The position numbers were made by a program, and so were the translations under genes. Below the pieces are notes generated by a model. That model saw only the letters and a program-made list of their open reading frames with translations. It was not told where the DNA came from and did not search any database. A stretch of 64,000 bases of DNA from an uncultured Acidobacteriota bacterium (GTDB taxonomy: Bacteria; Acidobacteriota; Polarisedimenticolia; J045): the NCBI GenBank assembly GCA_963702425.1, contig CAVPCQ010000029.1:20593-84592 (forward strand), in the 5' to 3' direction. Positions 49,973-60,900 of the stretch are shown here, one piece after another. Numbering within the stretch: the first letter of the stretch is position 1; the number at the start of each line of letters is the position of its first letter.

Positions 49973-50472
49973 GAAGCACCTCCGGGGAGCGCAGTTCCGT
50001 CCGGGCCCGGCGGGGTCTTCGGACCCCGCGGAGCCGGCGGGACCTGCTCCCGTCCGACCTGCGGGATGACCAGCACCGAGCCGGCACCCTGCGGCGCGAC
50101 GACCGACGCCGGCACCGACCGCCCGCGCACGCGGAACAGCTCGACGCGCAGCTCGCTCTCCGCGACCCGCGCGCCGCCGCCGGCCGGCCCGCGCGCGCCG
50201 ATCATCCAGGCGACGCCTGCGGCCGCGACCAGCACCGCCGCCGCCGCTGCGAACGCGGGCCAGCGCGCCGTCCAGGCCGTCCGCGACGTGAGCGCGCGCC
50301 CCGACGCGATCTCGTCCCGCCGCTCCGGCAGCCCCGCCGCCACGCGCTCCACCGCCTCGCGCAGCAGCTCCACCCCGGCGCGGTCGTCACCGTTCCCGGT
50401 GCCGCCGTCCCCGCCGTCGCCGTTCCCGCCGTCGCCGAAGCGCGGCAGCCGTTCGCGATCGTGGTCGCTCAT
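49969..50472 (-). CDS. Putative anti-sigma factor (single TM)
   Basis: ATGA-coupled to ECF sigma; RWPAFAAAAAVLVAAAGVAW TM segment. Confidence 0.6.
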   Translation of the reverse strand: MSDHDRERLPRFGDGGNGDGGDGGTGNGDDRAGVELLREAVERVAAGLPERRDEIASGRALTSRTAWTARWPAFAAAAAVLVAAAGVAWMIGARGPAGGGARVAESELRVELFRVRGRSVPASVVAPQGAGSVLVIPQVGREQVPPAPRGPKTPPGPDGTALPGGAS

Positions 50473-51080
50473 CGTCGTGCCTCCTGGTCGTGCGCTGCGA
50501 GGCGCTGCGCTTCCTGCGTCAGGCGCCGGCGTGCGTCGCGCGCGATCGACCGCACCGTGGTCGGCGCGATCCCCAGCGCGGCCGCGACCTCCTCCGCGCT
50601 CCACTCCGCGATCTCGTACAGCGCGACGATCTCGCGCTGCTCGGCGGTCAGCCCGGCCAGCAGCCGCGTGAGCGTCAGCCGCGCGTCGAGCGCGGCGACG
50701 TCGTCCGGAACACGCGCGTCGACGCGGGCGCGCCCGGCGCGCGGCCGGCCGAAGGCGGCCAGCGCCCGCGCCATGCGGCTGCGCCCGCGGGCGAAGTTGC
50801 GAATGCGGCGGACGAGGATCGTCGCCGCCCAGGCCTCGACCCGCCCGCGCTCCGGATCGAAGCGCGGCAGCGCGCGGTGCGCCGCGACCAGCGTCTCCTG
50901 GACCAGGTCGGGCACGTCGTCGGGCGGTGCGCCGACGGCCAGGGCGATGCGCGTCAGCCGCGGGCGCAGGGCGGCGAAAAGCTGCTCCGCCGCCTCGGCG
51001 TCCCCGCACCCGGCCTCGGACGCGAGCGCCGCCAGCGGGTCGGCCGCACCCGTGCCGGCGCGGCGGCCTGCGTCACCCAT
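50469..51080 (-). CDS. ECF sigma-70 factor
   Basis: [14 protein letters not shown]...W, region 4 [19 protein letters not shown]. Confidence 0.85.
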   Translation of the reverse strand: MGDAGRRAGTGAADPLAALASEAGCGDAEAAEQLFAALRPRLTRIALAVGAPPDDVPDLVQETLVAAHRALPRFDPERGRVEAWAATILVRRIRNFARGRSRMARALAAFGRPRAGRARVDARVPDDVAALDARLTLTRLLAGLTAEQREIVALYEIAEWSAEEVAAALGIAPTTVRSIARDARRRLTQEAQRLAAHDQEARR

Positions 51081-51301
51081 CTCCCGGCCGGCGAGGCTGC
51101 TCGTCGCCCGCGTCCCCGCCGCCCTCCCAGGGGGATGGGTCGCCGACCTGCCACGCCCGGGAGCCGGCGCCGTCGTCCATGCTCGCCTCCTCTCCATGTC
51201 TACACCGCATCGGGGCCGCGCGTGCGGCCCGCGCCCCGATTTCCCGGATAGACTCTCCCGGTCCGCCCGAGCCCCGCGGGGCCGGGCCTTCCGAGGTCCC
51301 C

Positions 51302-52051
51302 GTGAGCGTCCGTTCCTTCCAGCGCGCCCCCGACGCGCTCCGCTCGTTCGAGATCGTCCCCGGCGTCAACCGCCACGCCGAGGGATCGTGCCTGGTCAAG
51401 GCCGGCGACACGCACGTCCTCTGCATGGCCTCGATCGAGACCCGCACCCCGCCGTTCCTGCAGGGGCGCGGGGAGGGCTGGGTGACGGCGGAATACGGGA
51501 TGCTGCCGCGCGCCACGCACGACCGGATGCCGCGCGACCGGCAGGGGAAGACGGCCGGGCGCACGCACGAGATCCAGCGCCTGATCGGCCGCTCGCTGCG
51601 CGCGGTCGTCGATCGCAAGGTGTTCGGCGAGCGTTCGATCGTGGTCGACTGCGACGTGCTGCAGGCCGACGGCGGGACGCGCTGCGCGTCGATCACCGGC
51701 GGCTTCGTGGCGCTGGCGCTGGCGTTCGAGGCGTTGCGCGGTCAGCGCGTGCTGAACGGCTATCCGCTGATCGATACGGTGGCCGCGGTGTCGGCCGGGA
51801 TCGTGGCGGGCGACCTGCTGCTGGATCTCGACTACGAAGAGGACGCGGCCGCCGAGGTGGACATCAACATCGTGCGGACCGGCGGCGGGCGCTACGTCGA
51901 GGTGCAGGGGACGGCCGAGGAGCACCCGTTCGGGCGCGAGCGGCTGGTGCAGATGCTCGACCTCGCCGACCAGGGGATCGCGCAGCTGATCGAGGTGCAG
52001 CGCGCGGCGCTGGGCGACGTGCTGCGCGGGCTGCTGCGGCCGCGGCCGTGA
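51302..52051 (+). CDS. rph: Ribonuclease PH
   Basis: [40 protein letters not shown]; GTG at 51302. Confidence 0.96.
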   Translation: MSVRSFQRAPDALRSFEIVPGVNRHAEGSCLVKAGDTHVLCMASIETRTPPFLQGRGEGWVTAEYGMLPRATHDRMPRDRQGKTAGRTHEIQRLIGRSLRAVVDRKVFGERSIVVDCDVLQADGGTRCASITGGFVALALAFEALRGQRVLNGYPLIDTVAAVSAGIVAGDLLLDLDYEEDAAAEVDINIVRTGGGRYVEVQGTAEEHPFGRERLVQMLDLADQGIAQLIEVQRAALGDVLRGLLRPRP

Positions 52052-52082
52052 CCGGCGCGGGAAGGGAAGAGGACGACCGGCG

Positions 52083-53345
52083 ATGAGCCCCCCGAACAAG
52101 ACCGGCGGCCGGCCGCCGCGCCGTCCGACCGGCGGGCCCGGCGGCGGGCCGCGGAAGAAGTCCGGACCGGGCGGGCCGAAGCGGCCGGGCGGGCCGGGCG
52201 GGCCGGGTGGGCCGAAGCGTCCGTGGAAGCCGGATGGTCCGAAGCGGCCGGGCGGGCCGGGCGGGCCGAGGAAGCCTTGGGAGCCGGGAAGTCCGAAGCG
52301 GCCGAGCGGACCGGGCGGTCCGGGCGGTCCGAAGAAGCCGTGGGAGCCGGGGGGGCCGAAGCGGCCGAGCAGGCCGAGCGGTCCCAAGAAGCCGTGGGAG
52401 CCGGGCGGTCCGAAGCGGCCGAGCGGTCCGGGCGGCCCGAAGCGGCCGAGCGGACCGGCCGGTCCGAAAAAGCCTTGGGAGCCGGGCGGTCCGAAGCGGC
52501 CGAGCGGACCGAAGCGGCCCGGCGCCCCCGGCCCTCGCCCCGGCGCGCCGGGACGCCCGCCCCGTCCCGGGGCAGGCCCCAGCCGGTCGACCGGTCCGGC
52601 CAGGATCCAGCGCCGGAAACTCGCCCCGGGGATCGCTCCGCCGCGGCCCCGGCCCCGCCCGCGGGTCGCAGAGGAACCCCAGGCGGTCCGTCCGGTCAGC
52701 CCGCGGCGCGTCAATCCGAACCGTCCGGCGCTCATCGTCGCCTCCCGGAACCCCGGGAAGGTGGCCGAGATGGCGGCAATCCTCGGCCAGACCGGGATCC
52801 AGGTCGTCGGGCCCGAGGTCCTGAACAAGCTCCCGGCCCCGCACGAGGACGGCGCCACCTTCGTCGCCAACGCGCGCAAGAAGGCGATCCACTACAGCCG
52901 CTACGTGCTCTTCCCGGTGATCGCCGACGACAGCGGGCTGTGCGTCGACGCGCTGGACGGGCAGCCGGGGGTGCGATCGGCCCGGCTCGGGGGGCCTGCA
53001 GCGACCGATGGTGACCGCATTCGATTGGTGCTGCGCAAGCTCGAGGGCGTGCCGTGGGAGGCGCGCACGGCGCGCTTCGTCTGCGTGCTCGCCGTGGCGC
53101 TGCGGGGCGACGTGCTGGCGACGTTCGAAGGCGAGGTGGAGGGGGTGATCGACTTCGAGCCGAAGGGATCGGGCGGCTTCGGCTACGATCCCGTCTTCTA
53201 TTACCCGCCCGCCGAAAAGACTTTTGCCGAATTGGACGCCGGGGAGAAAGAGCACGTTTCGCACCGCGGACAGGCCCTTGCGCGGGCCGTTGGCTGGCTG
53301 GCCGAGAACCTGCGCGGGGCTCCGGAGGAGCTTCCGGAATCGTGA
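52083..53345 (+). CDS. rdgB: RdgB/HAM1 non-canonical purine NTP pyrophosphatase with ~215 aa N-terminal low-complexity extension
   Basis: [35 protein letters not shown]; directly after rph. Confidence 0.92.
   Translation: MSPPNKTGGRPPRRPTGGPGGGPRKKSGPGGPKRPGGPGGPGGPKRPWKPDGPKRPGGPGGPRKPWEPGSPKRPSGPGGPGGPKKPWEPGGPKRPSRPSGPKKPWEPGGPKRPSGPGGPKRPSGPAGPKKPWEPGGPKRPSGPKRPGAPGPRPGAPGRPPRPGAGPSRSTGPARIQRRKLAPGIAPPRPRPRPRVAEEPQAVRPVSPRRVNPNRPALIVASRNPGKVAEMAAILGQTGIQVVGPEVLNKLPAPHEDGATFVANARKKAIHYSRYVLFPVIADDSGLCVDALDGQPGVRSARLGGPAATDGDRIRLVLRKLEGVPWEARTARFVCVLAVALRGDVLATFEGEVEGVIDFEPKGSGGFGYDPVFYYPPAEKTFAELDAGEKEHVSHRGQALARAVGWLAENLRGAPEELPES
52134..52520 (+). repeat. Degenerate coding tandem repeats ([15 protein letters not shown] units)
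   Basis: Recurring CCGAAGCGGCCG and AAGCCNTGGGAGCCGGG blocks; five PW-containing units. Confidence 0.85.
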
Positions 53346-53528
53346 CCTGATTCAACTCGGGAATTGTTCCGAAAAGGCCCTGATGCTTGCGAGGATGGGA
53401 GATAAACCGGATTGCTACGGAGGGTGGACTGGCGTAGACTTCCGACTGGAAGGTCACCCCGAGTCACCGGCCTTCACCTGCATCGGGCGACGAGATGTGG
53501 CTGTAGCGTGCACGCGCTGTGGCCCACG

Positions 53529-53712
53529 GAAGTCGAGGAGGACGTACTCAGGATCGGATCGGGGCCACTCCCCCGGGCATTGCACCCCAACCAAACACCG
53601 TCGGCGCACTCCCCCCCTGCCGACCGCACGCCCGGGAGAGGGCCGATGCTGTGGCGTTCTCCTCGACACTTCAAAGCGCCGCCCTACTCCCCCAGGGCGG
53701 CGCTTCCTTTTT
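53529..53712 (+). ncRNA. Candidate structured sRNA with C-rich loops
   Basis: GTCGAGGAG/CTCCTCGAC, CCCGGGC/GCCCGGG and GTCGGC/GCCGAC nested pairings ending in a terminator; no convincing ORF. Confidence 0.45.
53674..53712 (+). terminator. Intrinsic terminator
   Basis: AAGCGCCGCCCT-ACTCCCCC-AGGGCGGCGCTT followed by CCTTTTT. Confidence 0.8.
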
Positions 53713-53739
53713 GTGGCGGAGGCGGGCTGGCCGCACGAA

Positions 53740-53768
53740 TTGACACCCCCGGAGGCGGGCGGTATTTT
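53740..53768 (+). promoter_or_regulatory. Sigma70 promoter for tRNA-Asn
   Basis: TTGACA - 17 bp - TATTTT. Confidence 0.7.
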
Positions 53769-53786
53769 CTCCGGGCTTCCACGGGT

Positions 53787-53862
53787 TCCGGGGTAGCTCA
53801 GCCGGTAGAGCAGCTGGCTGTTAACCAGCGGGTCGGGGGTTCGAGTCCCTCCCCCGGAGCCA
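53787..53862 (+). tRNA. tRNA-Asn(GTT)
   Basis: TCCGGGG..TAGCTCAG..GCTGG-CTGTTAA-CCAGC..GGTTCGAGTCC..CCCCGGAGCCA. Confidence 0.96.
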
Positions 53863-54294
53863 ATCCTCCACTTTTCGAACTTCCGGCGGGGCGGTTAACG
53901 GGGAAGGTGTGTTCGGGGGGCGGCCGGGGGGCCGGAGAGGCGCGAGGGGGCGCGGGGAGGCGGGCGCCGGTCGGCGGGCGACGGCTCTCTGCGGGCTGCC
54001 TGGACGCGAGGCCGGCTGAGGCTCCTGTCGGCGCCGGGGCTGGAGCGCTCTCTTCCTCTCTGCGATAGTCGAGAGAGCCGTGCACCGGCGCATCGCCCGT
54101 TTCCGCGTCCTCGCGGGTTGCGAGGCGAGAGCCCACCCGGGAATGCGCATCGCCGTGAAGCGGGGACCTCGCCGAATCATTGAAAGACGGCATGGAGACC
54201 ACCACCACGCTTGGCTTCCCAACCGTGGCAGGCGTGCTACTCCACGTCTTGACCCCGCTCACCAACAAAGGCCCACGCCGCCAGCCGGAGTGAC

Positions 54295-55962
54295 CTAAGG
54301 ACACACATTCATTCTGGGCCGCGGAGTTCTCGCCGTTCCTGCGCCGCCGCACCGTTCCCGCGGACTCACCGACTCACCAAGGGTGCTCTCTCCACTCGCA
54401 CTCCTTGCCGATACGAGATAGTAGAAGCCGACAGCCGGACGCTCATCGTCCTCTGCACTCGGTGTACTTAGCGCGGCATACAGACAGTCGTGGTCGTACT
54501 GCCACGGACCGCCTGTCAGCGTCCCGCGGTAGAGAGAATAGGCATTCGTGATCCGCGACCTAGCCCATACAAGGCCGGAAGGGCTTGCAAAGCGCAGGTT
54601 CTGGATCTCATAGGGAACCCAGTCACAGGCACCCGGCCCGCCGTGCGCTCCCATATCTGAACGGACGAGTCCTCGCGACGGCGGGAAGCATGCATCGTCC
54701 CGCGTCGGATCCGGGTTCCCGGTGTCGATGCATGGAGATCCCGCGACGATCACAATGTCGGTCGGATCACACCCGACACCGGAGAAGACGGGGTTGAAGC
54801 TGATGTTCCCCTCTCCTTGGAACCCTCCCTGAATATCCGAATAGACGATCGAGGGCGAGCCTTCCACTTGCAAGCCGTCGGCGTTGTTGAAAAAGACGAT
54901 CGAGTCCTCGATGCTCATGCTGGCGCCGGTGACGAGCTTCACAGCCGTGCCGATCGGGTTCCGAGCGATGGTGCAGTTGTGCAATGAGGCGGAACCGGCG
55001 TTGAGGAAAAGGCCGGCGCCACCGTTGTAGGCCCCTGCCGTCACATTGCAGGAGAAGACGGTGTTGCTAAGCGTTACGCTGCCAGCATATACGTAGAGCG
55101 CGGCTCCATGGCTCGAAGCGCTGCTACAAGCCTGCCAAGCATCCGTCTTGTTCTTGGTGAAGACGCTGTTCCGAACGCTCATAGCGCCATTCCCATCAAA
55201 GTAAACGGCTCCGCCTCTTGCGGATGAATAACTGTAGTCGACGCACCAGGCATAGCTGACGTTGCCATCGAATCGGGTGTTCGAGATGGCCAGATCTCCG
55301 GCTTCAATCCAGATGGCGCCACCGCGAGAACTGTCCGTCCGTCCGGGATTGCTCGTGGAGTTCTCGACAAAGCTAGAGCCACTGATCCGAAGAGTGCGTC
55401 CGGGAGCAAGCCGAGCGTGCAGCGCGCCTCCACCCTCGCGGGCGGTGTTTCCGTCGAACACGCAGCCGTTGAGGTCGAGATCGCTGTCGAGGAGTGTGGC
55501 GTCGATCGCCCCTCCCGTTGTCGGCGAACTGTTGTGACGGAAGACTACCGATTCCAGCACGGGTGGGCTGGCCGATGTCAGCGACATTCCGCCACTGTCG
55601 GAGTCCTCGATGATGCAGTGTCGAAACGAAGAACCTGGCGGCGTATACTGAAATCGGATCCCCGCCCAGCATGTCCCCGGCGTTCTGACGCCGAATCGGA
55701 TCGGACTCGTCACGGTGCCATCAGCAGCAATGGTCGACAAGACTTCGATCTCATGATGGCCGTCGGCGAGCACTTCGACTCCCGGGTCGATTGTCAGAAG
55801 GCTCACCTGGATCGAGCCCGTGAGGCAGTACGGCGAGTTCTCGACTGTCCAGTGCTCTTCCTCGACTAGTCCAGCCGAAACGAAGGTCCTGCAGTCTGAG
55901 GACTGACTTGCGAACGCAACGGTCGATCCGAATGCAAGAGTGAGTACGAGCAGATGCCTCAT
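54295..55962 (-). CDS. Secreted right-handed beta-helix (pectin-lyase/PMP-like repeat) protein with C-terminal CP-ending domain
   Basis: Signal peptide; repeated F..N...GGA[ILV] motifs; SPCIDTG..DMGAHGG; C-terminal YYLVSAR..GE..LG..CP. Confidence 0.8.
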   Translation of the reverse strand: MRHLLVLTLAFGSTVAFASQSSDCRTFVSAGLVEEEHWTVENSPYCLTGSIQVSLLTIDPGVEVLADGHHEIEVLSTIAADGTVTSPIRFGVRTPGTCWAGIRFQYTPPGSSFRHCIIEDSDSGGMSLTSASPPVLESVVFRHNSSPTTGGAIDATLLDSDLDLNGCVFDGNTAREGGGALHARLAPGRTLRISGSSFVENSTSNPGRTDSSRGGAIWIEAGDLAISNTRFDGNVSYAWCVDYSYSSARGGAVYFDGNGAMSVRNSVFTKNKTDAWQACSSASSHGAALYVYAGSVTLSNTVFSCNVTAGAYNGGAGLFLNAGSASLHNCTIARNPIGTAVKLVTGASMSIEDSIVFFNNADGLQVEGSPSIVYSDIQGGFQGEGNISFNPVFSGVGCDPTDIVIVAGSPCIDTGNPDPTRDDACFPPSRGLVRSDMGAHGGPGACDWVPYEIQNLRFASPSGLVWARSRITNAYSLYRGTLTGGPWQYDHDCLYAALSTPSAEDDERPAVGFYYLVSARSASGESTLGESVSPRERCGGAGTARTPRPRMNVCP

Positions 55963-55986
55963 CGCTACGCCTCTCCCGCGATCACG

Positions 55987-58013
55987 CTACGGACATGGCT
56001 GGCCATTCTCTCGGACTGTCCCACTCGAATCGCTGCCCAACGGGCCCTCGCCGAGAGCGTTCTTGGCGGTGACCAGGTAGTAGGAGGCACTCCCGGCCGC
56101 CGGGCGCTCAACGTCCTCTGCAAGCGGCGCAGGAACTCCGGGCTGAATACACAGCGGCGGGGCCCCGGCAGCGAGCGTCCCAGCATCTCCGCGATAGAGG
56201 TTGAAGACCTCGGCATTACTTCGTCGCGGCTTCCCAAGAAAGAAGGTCCGTGGACTCGAAGGTCAGCGGCACCGCCGCACCAGGAGGCGAGACTTCCTTC
56301 GGGGCGGATGTCGCAGACTGTCGAGTAGGAGCTACCGTAGCTCGTGAAGCTGCCAAGGGAAGACTGCGAGCCGCCGACGACACGCACCTCAACCTCCTGC
56401 TGGACATTCACGCTCGACGGAGAATCGACTACCATGGGAAGCACACCACTGCCGGCGCAGTTTCCTGCGACGAGACCCGTCTCGGTGGCCTTCATGACCC
56501 ATGCATCCGCCGTCACAGACCCGAATGACTTCGCGTACCCGGCAAGGACCAGGGCACCATCAGCAGAGGTGATCACCGCGCTGAATCGATCGGCGTTGGC
56601 ACCACCATAGTGTCGTGCCCAAGCGAGGTGCCCCATGTCGTCGATCTTGACGAGCATTCCGTCGTAGTTGCCCGCCGTCGCTGAGTCGCTATAACCCGCA
56701 ATCGCACAGCCACCGTCCGCCGTCGCCGTTGCACTCAAGGCACGGTCATCACCCGGTCCGACGAGCGCGATTTCCCATTGCGTCACGCCCTGATCGCTGA
56801 GTTTGACGACCCAGATGTCCCCGAAGGCAGGAGGCTCGTCCACCGTCGTAGACCCAATGACCAACGTGCTTCCATCGCGGAATGGAACAAGAGCGCGAGC
56901 CTGGTCATCTCCTGCGCGGCCGATCGTCCGAATCCACACTCGATTGCCCTGCGAGTCGAGGCGCGCGACGAGAGCGTCCTTTCCTCCCTCTCCCCAGGTG
57001 GTCGTGTATCCTGCAAGAATAGTTCCGTCATCTGCGGTCGCCGCTACTGCATAGAACTCTTCGTCCCCTGGCCCCCCGACTGCGCGTTGCCATTCGATGC
57101 TCGCGTCCGTCGACAAGCGATAGACCCACGCGTCGACTCCGCCACTGCTCTCGCTTGTCGACGATCCTGCAATCGTAAAGTCGCCGCTGCTGGTGACGAC
57201 GATGGCATATGAGTAGTCGTCTCCGGGTCCGCCGAGAGTCCTCTGCCAACGCATGGGTCCGGTCACTTCGCGATTGAAGACAAACGAGTCGTACCCGCTG
57301 CCCCAGTAGTCCGTTCCACCTACCGCCACGTGTCCGCCCTGGGTGTCGAGCGCAAGGGCGTGAGGGATGTTGTTGGCGAATAGTCCAGTCCCGTAGGGCT
57401 GCTGGCCTGACCCCTCCGGGGAGAACGAGGGAAACCAGAAGTCGGTCTTCGTCGACCGTACGTACCGGCCGACAGTGAGGAAATCTCCATCTCGCTCCTG
57501 CACAAGCGCGACGGCGTCCTCCCACGGGCTTTCGCCCGCGGTTCGGACCCAGAGGCTGCATGCTGAAATGTCGCCGCTGAGCCGGAGGTCATACTCGCGT
57601 CGCGAGCCGACCGAAGCATCGGCTTGGCGAACGCGCACGTGATGCGTCCCGGTCTGCGTTGCGGTCCAGGTCAGACGAGATGCAAAGAAACCGCCACCAT
57701 CGTCGTCAGAGGCCAGCAATTGGGTGGCACTAGGGTTGTACAGGTCGAGAATCGTGTCAGCGAGATCGCCAAGGTTCGCTGTCTCAATCAAATAGGTGCG
57801 CCCTGCGCACGCCGGGAAGCCGACCCAGTCATCGGTGTCATCGCAGAAGTTCCGCGACTGCACCTCCCCGTTTCGGATGAGATGCGGGGTAGAGAACGGC
57901 AGATCGTCAGGCTCGTACTGATCGGGGCAGGCGAAAGGCTGCTCGGGACCGCCGGCGAAGGTCACGGGCGACAAGATGAGGAGCGCGACGAGGACTACGA
58001 CCGATCGGCGCAT
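55987..58013 (-). CDS. Secreted protein: PPC-like domain + beta-propeller-like repeats + C-terminal CP-ending domain (two frameshifts near 56300 and 56220)
   Basis: Signal peptide; DQYEPDD, DDDGGG..SRL; repeats W.R..GG.GDD; alternate frames give EVSPPGAAVPL..LSWE and FNLYRG..YYLVTAKNALGEGPLG..QPCP-TAG. Confidence 0.75.
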
Positions 58014-58300
58014 GACGGCATCCCTTGGGCGCGGAGTGTAAGCGGGATGCGAGCTTACGAGAGATGGCCGGGTCAGTAAGATGCGCCCCCCGCCGGGTTG
58101 GAGGCGGCCCGGTCGGCCGCCGCTAGCCGGGGCGCGGGAACATCATCGCCTGTCGCGACCGGGGTATCCCCGCGACCAGGGCAGTTCATCGAAGCCGGGT
58201 TGTGCGGGTTGGAGTTGTGCACTTCGGCGACCGACCGCTCTTCCCCGTGCGAACGAGTCAGCGAGCATCGGCTCGTTGCTCAGCTGCCTTGTCGCGCGAC

Positions 58301-60212
58301 CTAGCAGCGAGGCGGACCAGGCCAGCGCCGGGTGATGAAGCCATCGCCGTCTTGGGACGCCTCGGGACCACCCTCAAGGAAGGAGCTGTGAGTACGGCGG
58401 GCTCCGACGTTCGTTCGGCCTGACCTTGCCGTCGGCCCTCGCCGGCGCCTTGACCAGGTGCAGAAGAGGTACTTCTTCGCTCTAGTCATGGCCACATAGA
58501 GCAGTCTTCGTTCTTCGTCTAGCGCCCCATCTGGCCGCGGCACTAGTCCTTCCTCGCATGCGGCGACGCCGTCGCCTGGACGGTAAGACCCTTCGAGCCA
58601 CTCATCGACATGAAGCGGACGCCATTGGCGGGCCGGGGCTCGGTCGGTCCCGAGCGGTGCGATCTGGCTCAGGAACCGGCCGAGGTCCTCGGCGTCGCCG
58701 ATCTCGTCAAGCTCGCGAATGACCTCGCTGAGTTCAGCGCTGAAAGGAGGCAGGACGCGGCCGTCGGCTAGGCCGGTCAGCCAGTGGCCCCAACCCTCTT
58801 CTGGTTCGGCCAGCGGCGGTTCGTGGGCGTCGAGCCATGCCATGACGGTCTGCATGATGGCCACGGCCTTCTTGGACGACCTGGGCCCGTCGGGGAAGCG
58901 CGCCTCGTATGCCGCGAGAAGTGCCTTGCCGAAGCCCATCCTGGCGATGCGCGCGCGGTCGTAGATGTAGGACTCAATTGACCGCCCGACACCATCCGTG
59001 AGCGCAAAGAGCGTGGCCCACGCGAGAGATCCTCGGGGTCGACCATGAGGCGGAAGATCGCAATGGCCCGCCGGTTGTCCGGTTCTTCCAGAGCGCGCCG
59101 CACAACGTCGGGGTCCGACACTGCAATGCCTGCTTGATGCAGCCGCTCCTTGATCGGGCCACTGAACAACCCAGATCGGTCGCCTCGGAACAGGACCAGG
59201 ATCTCGCTCGGTGGCACCGCTTCGTCCCGAATGAGGTGCTGGACTAGCCTGGCGACGCCGACCGACTCGGTGTCGTTATCAGGGAATGTGAACAGTGCGA
59301 CCTCACCCTCAGGCGATCTTCTGCGGCGGTAAGTGGGTTGCGGTCTGCGGACGATGCGGATCCCCTTGGATCACGAAGCGCGCCCAGTTGACGATGCGCC
59401 GACCGCAACGCTGTGTGATTGTCAATCCATACGCAGCGCTGTTCGGGTAGTCCTGACCGAATCGGCGGATACCCTCGAGGCGCTGCCTTGCGGAACGAGT
59501 AGATCGACTGATCGTCGTCGCCGGCCGCTAGGATCGAGCAGCCCCTCTTGCCTAGGCTGTGCAGCGCCTCGATGTCGCACGCGTTCAGATCTGTATTCGT
59601 CCACGATCAGCAGGTCGTAATCGATCCCTGTCAGGTCGGGATGATCGCGAAGTGCTTGGCGGAGCAGGTCGGGGAGTTCGGCCAGGAGCGTGTAGCCATA
59701 CACATACCGGTGCTCGCGCCAGACTCCTAGGAACCTGGCACGCACATCGGCTCCCATCTCAGGATCCTCTTCCGGTCGCAAGGACTGCCAGTTGCCTTCC
59801 ATTTCGCGCATCAAGGTCTTGATCATCCTGAGGCCGACACCCATGCGAGCTGCCAAGGCCTTTCGCACGATGACATCAGTCTCCCACTCGTCGGCGAGCC
59901 GGAGAGGTAGCGGAAACGAGGCGCTGCCAGGGTTCTTTAGCAGGACTGAAATGGCGAAGGAGTGAATCGTGCTCGGTCGCTCCGCCGCGGCCTGTGGATG
60001 CTCCGTGACACCTTCCCCGACAGCTCGCTGGTTGCGGCGCGAGTGAAGGTCAGCAGCCTGATCCTCGGTGTGGGGTTCCTCCGCGCCAACCGTTCGATCA
60101 GCGCCACGACCGTTGCGCTCTTTCCGGTGCCGGGGCCTGCAAGGATCACTCCGTGCCGGTCCGGTCCGTGCTTAAGGATCTCGTCCTGCTCTGGGGTGGG
60201 CGCGTAGGTCAC
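58301..60212 (-). pseudogene. UvrD/Rep-like SF1A helicase, split by several frameshifts
   Basis: AGPGTGKS (Walker A), LTFTRAA, LLIVDEY (Walker B), EERRLLYVAMTRAK (motif VI) in correct order over four ORFs. Confidence 0.8.
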
Positions 60213-60900
60213 TGGGTCACCTCAGCGGTCGATTCGCGGACCCGCGGGCAGTGACTATACACAAAGCGAGCATCCGGCCGGGAGCGCGTGGCTGAACGTC
60301 GCGGTCGTCACGCGCCCTCAGGCTCAGCGGGGCTGTGTTAGACCACCATCTTGGGTCGCGGCGAGTGGCCGTGTTCGGACTTGCACACAGGCCTTCGGCC
60401 CGCCGCGGGTGGACGAGGTGTTCGTCCGAGTCGCCAACGGGGCGCGAGCGATGCATGCGGTCGGTTGCCGCGATCCGGACCGGGCCAGGGAGAGGGCATG
60501 GAGAATCGCCGAGCGGGCGCATCGGGGCCAACGCGGAGGGAGAGCACGCTCGTCGCGAGCGTCGTTGGATAGCAGGTGCCCCCGCAGGGACTCGGCTTCG
60601 ACCTCCCGAGAGGTACGAGAGTCCCTGCAAGATAAGGACATGCTCCACGGGACGCGCTGCGGAAAAGTGGTGGCACAAGACACGCGATGGCGGTGCGGGC
60701 GAACATGAGCGGCGACGGCTGAATCGCAATCGTTGCTGAGCAGGAGGTTGGTCAGAGGGGCTTGTGGAACGCTACTGAGCCGGAGGGGTGCCATGCGAGC
60801 GGCTTCTGCACCGTCAGGATTCCCACACTCCCGAGTGCCGCCGGGCTCGTGCTGCAAGTCGATACGGGACTGTGGCAAGCTACAGCGTCTCGCCGGCCGC

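Noticed and set aside
52134-52520. Repeat array as possible CRISPR
   Set aside because: Degenerate in-frame coding repeats with no unique spacers and no cas genes
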